This document shows positions 19,209 through 29,800 of a stretch of DNA of 64,000 bases, in pieces. Below the pieces are notes generated by a model, which worked only from the letters and a program-made list of their open reading frames with translations, was not told the origin of the DNA and did not search any database. A program made the translations under genes and the position numbers. The first letter of the stretch is position 1. Every line of letters begins with the position of its first letter. The DNA lies in assembly GCA_047601445.1 (NCBI GenBank), contig JASGJH010000001.1, positions 6,016,001 through 6,080,000 on the forward strand, in the 5' to 3' direction. The DNA is from Myxococcales bacterium. Its GTDB lineage: Bacteria > Myxococcota_A > Polyangia > Polyangiales > DASUME01.

Positions 19209-21911
19209 ATGGCTGAAGTATCCCCGGTCCTCAAAGCCGCTGAGGATAGTCCCGAGCTGGAAGCTCGCTGGTCCGTGTGGCTGCTCACACGAAACCGCCG
19301 CGCGACCATCATGTGCCTCTGGCTCAACGCGGTGCTCTACCCGCTGTTCGGCGTGCTCGACTACTTCGTGGCGCCGCGCGAGTGGCTGTCGCTGCTGTGG
19401 GGCACCCGGTTCCTGGTCGCCATCGTCACGCTGACGATGTTTCGGATCGTGCGCGGACCGCTGTTCGACCGCCACTCCAACGTGCTCTCCGCGGCCTATC
19501 AGGTGCTGATCTCCTGCGGCATCAGCTTGATGACCGTGATCTTCGGTGGACTCGCGTCGTCTTATTACGCGGGTCTGAACCTGGTGATGCTGGGTGCCGG
19601 CCTGTTGTTCGTGTGGCCGCGCTCCATCGTGCTCACCACTCACGCAGCGATCGTCGCGTCGTTCATCCTGCCCAACTGGATCCTCGGCCGCACCGGCGAT
19701 GCCTTCAACTCGATCACCAACCTGTTCTTCCTGATCTCCACGGCCTGCATCGCCATGGCCGGACAGCTGGTCGCCTATCGCGTCAACCGCGAGCAGCTCT
19801 CCGCCATGCTGTTGATCGAGTCCACCACGGCCAACCTCGAGCGCGCGCACGTGAAGTTGCAGCAGCTCGACAAGTTCAAGTCCGAGTTCTTCGCCAACAT
19901 CACCCACGAGCTGAAGACGCCGCTCACGATGATCCTGGCCCCGCTCGAGCTGATGCTGCAGGGCGAATTCGGCAAGATCACGGAGACCCAGCGGGCCTCC
20001 CTCGACTCCATGCTGCGCAGCGGGATCAAGCTGCTCAAGCTGATCGGCAACCTGCTCGACCTGTCGAGGATGGATGAGTCGCGACTGCGTCTGCAGGTGG
20101 CCGAGCACGACCTCGCGGTGTACCTGCGGGACCTGGTTGCGCAGGTGCATTCGCTGGCCGGCCGCAAGGGCATCGAGCTCAGCTTCGAGACCAGCTGCGA
20201 GAGGACCATGGTCCACTGCGACCTGGAGCGGCTCGAGCGCGTGTTCGTGAACCTGCTGTCCAATGCGGCCAAGTTCACACCGGCTGGCGGCAAGATTCGG
20301 GTCTCGCTGGTGGACGCCGGCGACCGCGCGCGCGTCTCGGTGAGCGACACGGGCATCGGCTTCCCGCAGGACATGGCCGAGCGCATCTTCGAGCGCTTCG
20401 TGCAGGTGGATATGGCCGGTACGCGTAAGTTCGGCGGCACCGGCATCGGCCTGGCCCTGGCCAAGGAGCTGATCGGGCTGCACGGCGGCACCATCAGCGC
20501 CCGCAGCGAAGTGGGCGCCGGAGCGACCTTCACGGTGGAGCTCTTGAAGGACCGCGAGCACTTCGACCCCGAGCGCGTCGACCGGCGCGCGCGGCGCGCT
20601 GACCTGCTGGACGGCAATCGCGAGACCGACCGCGGCATCGGCGAGTGGGAAGTGGAGACCAAGGCGCGCTTCCGCTTCATCGACATCGACGAGGCCACCG
20701 ATCAGCGCATCGTTCAACGCGACCCCGACGAGCACGAGCGCTCGCAGAGCGTGCTGGTGGTGGACGACACCCCGGACGTCATCCGCGTGATCTACCTGGC
20801 CCTGCGCAACCAGTTCCGCGTGCTGGCCGCGCCCGATGGCGAGAAGGGCTTCGACCTGGCGGTGAGGCACCTGCCGAGCCTGATCATCACCGACCTGATG
20901 ATGCCCGAAGTGGACGGCATGGAGTTGAGCCGACGGCTGCGCCAGGACCCCCGCACCAAGCACATCCCCATCGTGATGCTCACGGCCCGTGACCACGTGG
21001 ACGAGCGCACCGCGGGCATGGACTCGGGCATCAACGCCTACCTGACCAAGCCGTTCGCGGCCAAGGAGTTGCTCTCGACGGTGCGCGGGTTGGTGCGCAT
21101 CCAGGAGACCAACGCGGACCTGGTGCTGACCCACAGCATGGACTCGCTGCAGACCATCGCCGGCGGCCTGGCCCACGAGATCAACAACCCCCTGAACTAC
21201 ATCCGGAGTGCACTCGCCATGATCCAGAGCGACGGCGAGCACATGCTCTCGATCGCCAAGGAAGGTGGCTTGAGCGGCGACTCCCCGGCGATGGAGCCGC
21301 TCTCGAGCCGCATGATGAAGATGTTCCAGGTGGCCGACACGGGGCTGCGCAAGATCGGCTCGACCGTGGAGTTGATGCAGCGCTACTCCCGCGAGGGTTA
21401 CTCGCGCACCATGCAGGCCATCGACGCCTTCGCGCTGACCCGCGACGTGGTGTCCATGCTGGAGGGGGTCGCCCAGCGCACCATCGAGCTGAGCTTCGAG
21501 GGCGAGGGCAGCGTGGAGTGCGTGCCGGACGAGCTGAGCCAGGTGCTCACGAACCTGGTGCAGAACGCCATCGATGCCACTCCCGCGGACGGGACCGGCA
21601 ACGTGCAGGTACGCGGTAGCTACGAGGGCGGCACCTTCGTCTTCTCGGTGCGCGACAATGGCCACGGCATTAGCCCGGAGGACCGAGCCAAGATCTTCAC
21701 GCCCTTCTACACCACCAAGGACGTGGGCAAGGGCATGGGTCTCGGCCTAACCATCGTGCGGCGCGTGGTCACGGCCCTGGGGGGCACCGTCACGCTGACG
21801 AGTCAGGTGGGGAAGGGCACCGAGTTCATGCTGCGCATCCCCTGCAAGCGGGCGCTGCTGATGACCACCAACGAGGCGGGCCAGACGACCTTCGAGGACG
21901 TCACGGCATAG
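19209..21911 (+). CDS. Membrane hybrid sensor kinase (TM-HK-REC-HK), PhcS-like
   Basis: About 6 TM helices with LDYFVAP, SYYAGLNLV, NLFFL; first kinase ANITHELKTP/NLLSNAAKF/GGTGIGL; REC (VVDDTPD, DLMMP); second kinase GLAHEINNP/FYTTKDVGKGMGLGL. Confidence 0.88.
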   Translation: MAEVSPVLKAAEDSPELEARWSVWLLTRNRRATIMCLWLNAVLYPLFGVLDYFVAPREWLSLLWGTRFLVAIVTLTMFRIVRGPLFDRHSNVLSAAYQVLISCGISLMTVIFGGLASSYYAGLNLVMLGAGLLFVWPRSIVLTTHAAIVASFILPNWILGRTGDAFNSITNLFFLISTACIAMAGQLVAYRVNREQLSAMLLIESTTANLERAHVKLQQLDKFKSEFFANITHELKTPLTMILAPLELMLQGEFGKITETQRASLDSMLRSGIKLLKLIGNLLDLSRMDESRLRLQVAEHDLAVYLRDLVAQVHSLAGRKGIELSFETSCERTMVHCDLERLERVFVNLLSNAAKFTPAGGKIRVSLVDAGDRARVSVSDTGIGFPQDMAERIFERFVQVDMAGTRKFGGTGIGLALAKELIGLHGGTISARSEVGAGATFTVELLKDREHFDPERVDRRARRADLLDGNRETDRGIGEWEVETKARFRFIDIDEATDQRIVQRDPDEHERSQSVLVVDDTPDVIRVIYLALRNQFRVLAAPDGEKGFDLAVRHLPSLIITDLMMPEVDGMELSRRLRQDPRTKHIPIVMLTARDHVDERTAGMDSGINAYLTKPFAAKELLSTVRGLVRIQETNADLVLTHSMDSLQTIAGGLAHEINNPLNYIRSALAMIQSDGEHMLSIAKEGGLSGDSPAMEPLSSRMMKMFQVADTGLRKIGSTVELMQRYSREGYSRTMQAIDAFALTRDVVSMLEGVAQRTIELSFEGEGSVECVPDELSQVLTNLVQNAIDATPADGTGNVQVRGSYEGGTFVFSVRDNGHGISPEDRAKIFTPFYTTKDVGKGMGLGLTIVRRVVTALGGTVTLTSQVGKGTEFMLRIPCKRALLMTTNEAGQTTFEDVTA

Positions 21912-22001
21912 CGGGGCGCGGACAAGTCGGCGCCCTGCTCCCGTGCCAGCCTTGCGCCAGCAAGGCGAGCCCGCGCCGGACTACGCCGGCTACGCCTAGA
22001 A

Positions 22002-22697
22002 TCAAAGCCCTGCGTAGACTGCGCGCACGTCGTCGTCGTCGTCGATGGCCTGCAGGAAGGCCTCGACTTCAGCTCGCTTCTCGTCGTCCAGGCTGACGGG
22101 GTTCTTGGCGACCCAGATCAAGTCCTGCGAGGAAAGCGTCCAGCCACGGGCCGTCAGCGCGCGTCCGACGGCGTCGAGGTCGGCGGGTTCGGTGAGAAAG
22201 CGTGAGTCGCCGTCTTCGCCCGGCTCCACTTCCTGGGCTCCGGCTTCGATGGCGGCCTCCTCGGGGTCTTCGCCGCTGGCGGGCGGGCTGGCCTCGATGG
22301 CGCCCCGGCGGAGGAAGTCCCAGGACACCGAGCCCGAGGCGCCCAGCTGGCCCTTGCGGAACAGGATGCGCATGTTGGGGGCGGTGCGGTTCTTGTTGTC
22401 GGTGAGGCACTCCACGATCACCGGCACCTGATGCGGCGCGAAGCCCTCGTAGACGACCGTCTCGAAGGTCGCGGCGTCATCCAGCAGGCCGGCGCCCTTT
22501 TTGATGGCGCGCTCCAGGGTGTCGCGGGTCATCGACGCCTTCTTGGCCGCTTCCACGGCCAGACGCAGACGCGGGTTCATCGTCGGGTCGGGGCCGCCCT
22601 TGGCGGCGATCATGATTTCCTTGGCAAGCTTGGTGAAGAGACGCCCCTTGGCGTCTGCTGCTTGCGCGCGGCCCTTGGCTTTCCACTGTGCACCCAT
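22002..22697 (-). CDS. yebC: YebC/PmpR family regulator
   Basis: [46 protein letters not shown]. Confidence 0.93.
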   Translation of the reverse strand: MGAQWKAKGRAQAADAKGRLFTKLAKEIMIAAKGGPDPTMNPRLRLAVEAAKKASMTRDTLERAIKKGAGLLDDAATFETVVYEGFAPHQVPVIVECLTDNKNRTAPNMRILFRKGQLGASGSVSWDFLRRGAIEASPPASGEDPEEAAIEAGAQEVEPGEDGDSRFLTEPADLDAVGRALTARGWTLSSQDLIWVAKNPVSLDDEKRAEVEAFLQAIDDDDDVRAVYAGL

Positions 22698-22907
22698 AGG
22701 GCGCTGGATTTAGCGCATGGTGCCGAGGGAGGTCGAGCGACAACTCGGGGGCCCGTACCCAACTGTGGCGACGCCTACATGGCGGGCCACCTGCAATACA
22801 CTGAAGCCCGGCCCTCCGTGGGTGTAGCGAACCTCGCGGAGGGGTGGTCCCAGCGCGGCTTTGCCGCGATGGGCGGGGAGGGCGTGCGCCCTTCCCGTGA
22901 AAAGAGC

Positions 22908-23006
22908 TTACTTGCCGGCCGCCTTTTCCTTCTTCTTGGCCTTCTTCTCCTTCACGGAGAGCTTGGGCTTGTTGTTGTTCTTGGGCCGCTCTTGTCCTTT
23001 GGCCAT
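22908..23006 (-). CDS. Small lysine-rich protein (32 aa)
   Basis: MAKGQERPKNNNKPKLSVKEKKAKKKEKAAGK; strong GAGGAGG RBS; codons mostly AAG/AAC/GCC. Confidence 0.75.
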   Translation of the reverse strand: MAKGQERPKNNNKPKLSVKEKKAKKKEKAAGK

Positions 23007-23190
23007 GTCGTCCTCCTCGGTGTCTGGAAGCTGGGAATTAATCTGCTTGTAACACACCCGATCGAGGGGCCCCTGTCCAAAAAGCGCGCTGCCTTTGAGC
23101 CGTGCGAGCTCACGGAGTACGTTGTGCGTGCGTTGTCCCGGGACATCGCGGCGGGTCTCCGGCCCGCGAGTCTTCTGCGAAAGGCCGAGC

Positions 23191-23856
23191 GTGCGAGGCG
23201 CATCAGGGATCCAGGCAAAGCGTTGGGCGGGTGTGTTGTCGGTGTGCCTCCTGGCCGTGGGCTGCGCGCGCAACATGAAGGTTCCAGAGAAGGTCGCGGG
23301 CAACCCGGTGATGAACGCGCAGCGCGAGGGCGGGCTCAAGGAGAACGAGCTGAGGCTCGGCGGTGCGGTGGCGAGTCAGATCGAGCGCAATTGGAGTCGC
23401 CCGCTGGGGCGTGGCCTGGTCTCGTTCGAGAAGGCGCCCGAGGAAACCACGCTGAAATTCGCCTTCAAGGAGGGGCAGGTGGCGCTCTCGGGGGGCTGTG
23501 TCGAGCAACTGCGGACCAACCTGATGGGGCTCAAGGATCCCAAGGTGTCGCTCGAGTGCAGCTGCAAGGACGGCGAGACGCTCAAGGGGCAGCTCAAGCT
23601 CGAGCAGTACCAGGGCAAGGCGGAGCTCGGTGGCGCGAACAGCTACCAGGTGTACGGCGTGCACACCACGACCAGCGGCAAGAAGCGGAACGAGGTGCTG
23701 GGCTACTGGTTCTTGAGCAAGGCGGGCGAGGGCGCCATCGAGCTCAAGAACGACGGGCGCGCTTGGTTGCCGCCGACCTTGAGCGCCGAAGAGCGTCCGA
23801 CCCTGTTGTGCCTGTACTCGGCGCTCCTGCTGTATCGGCCGAGCGAGGCGAGATAG
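23191..23856 (+). CDS. Hypothetical lipoprotein
   Basis: Lipobox LLAVGC after a basic/hydrophobic signal; high third-position GC. Start uncertain (GTG 23191 chosen). Confidence 0.7.
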   Translation: MRGASGIQAKRWAGVLSVCLLAVGCARNMKVPEKVAGNPVMNAQREGGLKENELRLGGAVASQIERNWSRPLGRGLVSFEKAPEETTLKFAFKEGQVALSGGCVEQLRTNLMGLKDPKVSLECSCKDGETLKGQLKLEQYQGKAELGGANSYQVYGVHTTTSGKKRNEVLGYWFLSKAGEGAIELKNDGRAWLPPTLSAEERPTLLCLYSALLLYRPSEAR

Positions 23857-23880
23857 AGCGGCTGCACCGAATCGCCGGCT

Positions 23881-25677
23881 TCACAGCGGCCAGACGCCGT
23901 GGCTCTGGAGTGGGGTCCACTCCGGCTCCACCGGGATGGCCACGCTGAACGTGGTGCCCTTGCCGGACTCGCTCTCGAACCACACGTCGCCGCCGTGGGC
24001 CTTCACGAGCTCGCGGGCCAGGGAGAGACCCAGGCCGAGGCCGCCGATGCGCTTGCCCGAGGGCTCCTGGATCTCGCGGAAAGCCTGGAAGAGTGCCTCC
24101 TGATCGGCCTCGCGGATGCCAGCGCCGCGGTCCACCACGTCGACGCGCAGGTGGCGCACCTGGGGGCCGGGTGGGCCGTTGGCCACGCGGGCCACGAGAC
24201 GGATGGTGCCGCGCTCCATGGCGTCGATGGCGTGGCTGAACAGGCCCACCACGGCCTGCACCACGCGATCGGCGTCCACATAGACCGCAGGCAAGCCGGG
24301 CTGGATGTCGGCTTCGATCTCGAGCGGGCGATCTTCGATCATGCGGCGGCCGTCGCTGACCGCCTGGTTGAGGATATCGGCGGCCGGGGTCAGGCGTCGA
24401 CGCAGGGCGAGGCGGCCGGCTTCGAGGCGCGCCGAGTCGAGGATGTTGGTCACCAGGCGCAGCAGGTCGCGGGCGCTGCGCGTGATCATTTGAATGCTCT
24501 CGCGTTGTTCGGGTGTGACCGGGCCCTCCGTACCGCTCGAGATCAGCACCGCGAAGCCCAGGATGGAGTTGAGTGGACTGCGCAGGTCGTGGCTCATGGA
24601 CGCCAGGAATTGTGTGCGCAGGCGCTGGACCTGCTCCATGGCGAGGCGACCCTCGCGCTCTTTCTGACGCATCTCGTCGAAGCGCTGCGCGAGCTCGGAG
24701 AGCGAGGCTGCCAGGCGCTGCCCCGCTTGCGTGTGGGCGATGCGCGCAAAGGCGGTGACCTCTTGCTGGATCGGCGCGTCGCTGGTGTGCATGCGCTGGA
24801 TCTGGGCGGTCAGCGCGCGCAGGTCGCGCGCGAGCTGTTCGCCCAGGCGGCGCGCGATGATCCAGGCCACCACCACGCCCGCCACGATGAGCAGCAGGGC
24901 GAAGATGCCCGCCACGAGATCGAGCGCGAGGGAGAGGTCTCCAACCTGGAGGTTCGGGGCCACGCGCGTACGCAGCGCCACCAGGTGCGAAGCCAGGACC
25001 ACCACCGCCGAGATGCCGACCACGGCCACCGGCAGGGTCAAGGTGATGGCGAGGCGATAGCTCAGGTGCTGACGGACCTCGAGCGTGATGTCGTTGGGGT
25101 GCAGGCGGCCCAGCCAGCGCCACACGATGCTGCGATACAGCACGATACAGGGCATCAAGCCGGCGGTGGCCACGGCGATGGAGAGCAGGTCGGCGGACCA
25201 GCGCGACCAGCCGTCGAGGCCGGAGATGGAGACCACGCCCAGGGCATCGAGCACCGGCACCAGCTGCGTGCAGGCGGTGTTGAGCAACACGCCGCGCTCG
25301 GGCCAGTGGAAGGCCTTGGCGATCACGCGTGGATCGGGCCGCGGCCCTTCTGGCAAGTCGCGCGGTCCCCGCAGGAGCATGAGGTAGAGCGGGCGCATGC
25401 CGCGGACCCCGCGCAGGATCACCAGCGAGAGCACCACGCCGCCGACCAAGCCCTGCACCAGCGACAGCCGCAGCATGGCCTGCGCCTCCACGCCCGGCAG
25501 CGCCAACACGAAGGCCGCGCCGAGCAGCGTGAACAGACCGAGCGTCGCGCCCACGGCGCAGGTGGCCAGGCCGAGCAGCAGGATCATGCGGCCCGGGGAG
25601 GTGGGCAGCGTCTCGAGCGACGGCACGATACTCAGGCCTCTACGTTGCGAGGCGCGTTGCGACGGAAGGCCGTCCAT
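23881..25677 (-). CDS. Membrane histidine kinase with degenerate N-box
   Basis: Several TM helices, H-box MSHDLRSPLN, N-box position reads GLFSHAIDA, DRGAGI, GLGLGL; ATG overlaps the upstream TGA (TGATG). Confidence 0.85.
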   Translation of the reverse strand: MDGLPSQRASQRRGLSIVPSLETLPTSPGRMILLLGLATCAVGATLGLFTLLGAAFVLALPGVEAQAMLRLSLVQGLVGGVVLSLVILRGVRGMRPLYLMLLRGPRDLPEGPRPDPRVIAKAFHWPERGVLLNTACTQLVPVLDALGVVSISGLDGWSRWSADLLSIAVATAGLMPCIVLYRSIVWRWLGRLHPNDITLEVRQHLSYRLAITLTLPVAVVGISAVVVLASHLVALRTRVAPNLQVGDLSLALDLVAGIFALLLIVAGVVVAWIIARRLGEQLARDLRALTAQIQRMHTSDAPIQQEVTAFARIAHTQAGQRLAASLSELAQRFDEMRQKEREGRLAMEQVQRLRTQFLASMSHDLRSPLNSILGFAVLISSGTEGPVTPEQRESIQMITRSARDLLRLVTNILDSARLEAGRLALRRRLTPAADILNQAVSDGRRMIEDRPLEIEADIQPGLPAVYVDADRVVQAVVGLFSHAIDAMERGTIRLVARVANGPPGPQVRHLRVDVVDRGAGIREADQEALFQAFREIQEPSGKRIGGLGLGLSLARELVKAHGGDVWFESESGKGTTFSVAIPVEPEWTPLQSHGVWPL

Positions 25678-26834
25678 CAGAGCGCCCCCTGACCGTGGGC
25701 CGGGGTTGGCTCCATGCGCACGGTGGGCACCGGCAGCATCACGTTGAACGTCGAACCGCGCTCGAGTTCGCTCTCCACCTCGACCCGGCCCCCGTGCAGG
25801 TTCACCAGCTCGCGCACGATACTCAGACCGAGTCCGGAGCCCCGCCGCGAGAGCTCGGAGGTGCCCACCTGCGTGAACTCCTCGAACAACAGCGGCAGGT
25901 CCTCCGCCGCGATGCCCACACCCGTGTCGCGCACGCCGATGTTCACCTCGCGTCCGTTGAAGCGGGCGAACAGGCGAACCTCGCCGCGCGCCGTGAATTT
26001 CAGGGCATTGGTGCCTAGATTCATCACGATCTGCCGCAGGCGCACGGGGTCGGCTTCGAGCTCGGGCATGAAGTCGGGACAATCCACCACGATGGCCACC
26101 GGCTTGCCCTGACGCTGTCCCTCGAGGATCGACGCGACTTCGTCGAGCACCTGGCGCACCTCCACCGTCTCGACATTGAGCTGGATGCGACCCGAGGCCA
26201 GCGCGGACATGTCGAGCACGTTGTTGAACAAGGCGAGCAGATGCTCACCCGAGGCGCGGATCATGCGCAGATCCTCGCGCTGGCCCTCGGTCAACGGCCC
26301 CTCGATCTCGGCCAGCAACACCTCCGTGAAGCCGAGCAGCGCGTTGAGCGGGGTGCGCAATTCGTGGCTCACGGTGGTGAGGAACTCGCCCTTGTAGCGG
26401 TCGGCCTCCTGGGCCTGACGGTGGGCAGCGCGCTCGCGCATGAGCTGCTCCACGTAGCCTCGTCGCAGTTGCTCGAAGGCTCGCGTCAGCGCGCCCACTT
26501 CGTCGAGGCTGCGGATAGCCACCGGTTCACCGAGGTCGCCTTGCTCGGCCACCGCGCGTACGCGGCGACTCACGAAGTGCGCGTCGCCCGAGACGTCGCG
26601 CGCGCTCAACCAGGCGGCGAGCACCGAGAGCGCCAGGAAGACGGCGCCGATGAGGGCCAGCGATGCCAGGAATGCACTGCGGGCCTCGTCGACGCGCCCG
26701 ATCTGCGCCAGCGCCTCCGGGATCGCTGCGAAGCGCAGGACTCCGAGCAGGGCGGTGGCGAGCAGCATCAACAGGCCGGCCCCGAGCACCACCATCACAC
26801 TGACGAACGAGAGGTGGGGTGTGCGCTCTTTCAT
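25677..26834 (-). CDS. HAMP-domain sensor histidine kinase
   Basis: Two TM helices, HAMP (SLDEVGALTRAF), VSHELRTPLN, NLGTNALKF, GSGLGL. Confidence 0.92.
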   Translation of the reverse strand: MKERTPHLSFVSVMVVLGAGLLMLLATALLGVLRFAAIPEALAQIGRVDEARSAFLASLALIGAVFLALSVLAAWLSARDVSGDAHFVSRRVRAVAEQGDLGEPVAIRSLDEVGALTRAFEQLRRGYVEQLMRERAAHRQAQEADRYKGEFLTTVSHELRTPLNALLGFTEVLLAEIEGPLTEGQREDLRMIRASGEHLLALFNNVLDMSALASGRIQLNVETVEVRQVLDEVASILEGQRQGKPVAIVVDCPDFMPELEADPVRLRQIVMNLGTNALKFTARGEVRLFARFNGREVNIGVRDTGVGIAAEDLPLLFEEFTQVGTSELSRRGSGLGLSIVRELVNLHGGRVEVESELERGSTFNVMLPVPTVRMEPTPAHGQGAL

Positions 26835-26837
26835 GGA

Positions 26838-29800
26838 CTACGGAGCACACTCACCGAGCACCACGAAGCGCCCGGCGCCTCGCTCGTGATCGGGCTCGAG
26901 GACGGCAAGATCGAGGTGACCATCGCCGTCGACATCGCCGATCCACTGGCCCTGTCGGCGGTAGGGTGCCTCGGCGGGAGCGTCACTCGTCGGCAGGTTG
27001 TCGTCACCCAGGGCGATGGCGCGCGACGAACGCGGACGGCTGCCCGAGTAGGGCGCGAGCTGTTGGAACAGATCCACGCTGCCATGGGGGCCCGCCTCGC
27101 CCTGGGCCGACACGAGCAGATCGGCTCGGCCGTCTGCGTCGAGGTCGCCGAGCTGGCCGAGCTCGGGATGGGCGCCGCTCGCCACGTCGTAGCCGAAGCC
27201 GTCGGCGCTGCCGCCGGCCAGGTCGTTGAGTACGCTGAACGCCGTTACCAGGCCTTCGCCGCTGCGCCGATACAGCTGGACCGAGCCTGCGCCCGCGCCA
27301 TGGCCCCAGGCGAGCTCCGCTTGGCCGTCGCCGTCGAGGTCGCCCACCAGCGCAAGGTTCCCTGGGGTGACCGGCGCGCCGGGTTGCTGAAGCAAGCTGA
27401 GCTCGCTGCTCGCGACGCTGACCAGCTGGTCCTCGCGCGCATAGGCGCGTCCCGCGGAGAGCCAGAGCGCGGGTGCACCCTGAGAGCCCGCGTGCGCCAG
27501 GAACAGGGCACCGGGCCAGGCGCCCGCGATGAGGTCTACCGAGCGTTCGGTTTGCACTCGAAAGCCGCGCGCCGCGCTGCTGGAACCGCTGCCACAAGCG
27601 TCGGGGGCAGGGCCGCCCAGGCGCGCGTCCAAACACGAGCCCGCGCCGCTCGCGCCCAACTCGGGAATCGGCTCGAAGCCCCCGTCTCCCAGCAACACCA
27701 GAGCCCCCGCGGCATCGGCGGCGGCCAAATCCGGCAGCGCGTCGAGATCGTAGCGCGCGCTCGCCAGTGCCGCGCCGAGGCCCACGGAGCCGACGACGCA
27801 CAGGTCGGCACTGCACCCGCCCGCGTCGAGCGCGCGGTTCCCGGCAGGAAACTCTCGGCGTCCGAGCACCACGAACAAGCGTCCGCTCAGGGGCGCCGAA
27901 ATCGCGAAGTCGTTGAGGCCGAAGGCGTCACCGTCGAAATTGCCGAGCGCCACCACAGCCGTTCCGAGCTCGTAGCTGTCCGTGGTCTCGAATACGCTGT
28001 GGGCGTTCGCCGCGAGTCCGTGTGCGCTGCCGAGGTAGAGCGCTGCCGCCCCCAAGTTGCGCGGCGCCGCGCGCGACACCACCACGTCGTCGAAGCCGTC
28101 CCCATTCACGTCGCCGACCGCGGTCATGGTCAGCCCTGCGGGCTCTTCGTGTGCGCTGTCGTCGAGCTCACTCGGGAGCGGCACGCCGCGCGCCGTCAGG
28201 GCTGGTTGCTCGAACAGGTGGCTCGTACCGAGTGGCGTGTAGGCACCGACCCGGTCGTAGCCGCGCACACTGCAGTAGTGGCGCGCCCCCGGCAGCCAGG
28301 CGGGCAACGTCCACGTGAGCGCTCCGGGGGCCGAGTTGGTTCCACTTGCTCCACTAGCTGTGGAGGCCTCGTGCAGCGCACCGGGGACTGGCTGAGCTGC
28401 TTTCCAGGCAGCTTCGGAGTCGATACTGGTGCTGCTGCAGCGCAGCTCGAAACTCAAAGGGTCGTCTTCGCTCGCGCTCACCCCAAAGTTCAAGCTACTC
28501 GGCTCCCGGCAGCTGGTCGCGAGCGCGCTCGACACGAGGGCGCTCGTGGGCGCCAGGGTGTCCACCCCGAAGCGGCGCTCCGCCGCTCCGTACAGACCGT
28601 TGGTCGCAGCGCTGGCTGCATCGACCTCGATCCTCAGGCGCAGTGCCCCCTCTTGCGTGCGCACGCAGGCCACGACACGGCCCTGCCCGTTGACGCTGGT
28701 GGGCACCTCGTCCACCAGCGCTCCTGCGACGTCGTACACACGCACGCGCGCGGCGCGACCCACCGCCGCGTTGGTCACCCCGGCGATGACGGGAACCTGC
28801 AGGCCGGCCACACCACTGCAGTCGACGTCGCTCGGTGCGGTCCCGTGATAGGCCACGCCCGCCGCGCTGTGATCGACGCTGTAGACCACCTGGTCATCCG
28901 CCGGCGTCAGGATCGTCACCGCGGGCACGTCGCCCACCAGCAAGTCGCAGGGCGCGCTGCAGGCTGCGTTACCGCTCTCGTCACTGGCGCAGGCTTGGGC
29001 CTCGATCAATCCCGTCGGCAAGGTCAGCCCGGCGAACACGGTCTCAGGGCCGTCGTGCGTCTCGCTGTTGAAGGGCGAACCCGCGAGCGGACCCGCGCTG
29101 GTGCTCAGGCTCAAGCTGACCGCGGGCTTGGGGTTCGGCATGTTGCTCACGCGAAGCGTCTTCTGCAGACCGGCCTTGCCCGCGTCCTCGTCCATGTCGG
29201 AGGTGACGGCCGATAGCCCGCAGCTGAAGTTCGAGAAGCTCAGGTGCGGCGGCTCGCAATCCGCCCAGACCTCGAGCGGCGTGGACTTTCCGATCAGGCC
29301 CTTGTCGCTCGTGGTGCGGGCCGCCACCTGGTAGCTGGTGCCGTCGTTCTGCGACGGGAAGGGCACGCTCGCGAAGCTCGCGCGATGCCCGACGCAGGTG
29401 GTCTCGGCGAGCACCACGTTGTCCGGCATCCGTACCAAGCTCACCGTCTTCCCATCGAGCGCGCAAGTCACAGCGACCGCCTGATCGCAGGCCGGGGTGC
29501 TCGGGTCGGCGTCCGCCACGTGCGTCGCGTCGCCCGCTCGATTGAGCATCAAAGGTCCGTTGGGACTCTGGATACTCAGGCTCGGCCCCTTGTTCTCGAA
29601 GGTCACGGGCACCGATACCACGCTCTGGTTGTCGCTGGAGTCCTTGGTGCCCACGCACAGGAATCGTGGGCCGTTCTTGCTCAGCGTGAGCGTGGAGGAG
29701 AAGGTGGTCTGCCCGAGCGTGACCGCTTGATAGGGCGCGGCCGAGAGCTGCGCGCAGTCCGGCGTGTCCGAGTCCGCGAAGCGAGCGCTGGCGCAATCGC

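Noticed and set aside
18987..21665. Long antisense ORFs (also 1246-2307, 4491-5798, 23899-25692, 26241-29216, 38581-40686, 56933-59281)
   Set aside because: They shadow well-supported genes on the other strand, as expected at high GC, and carry no motifs.
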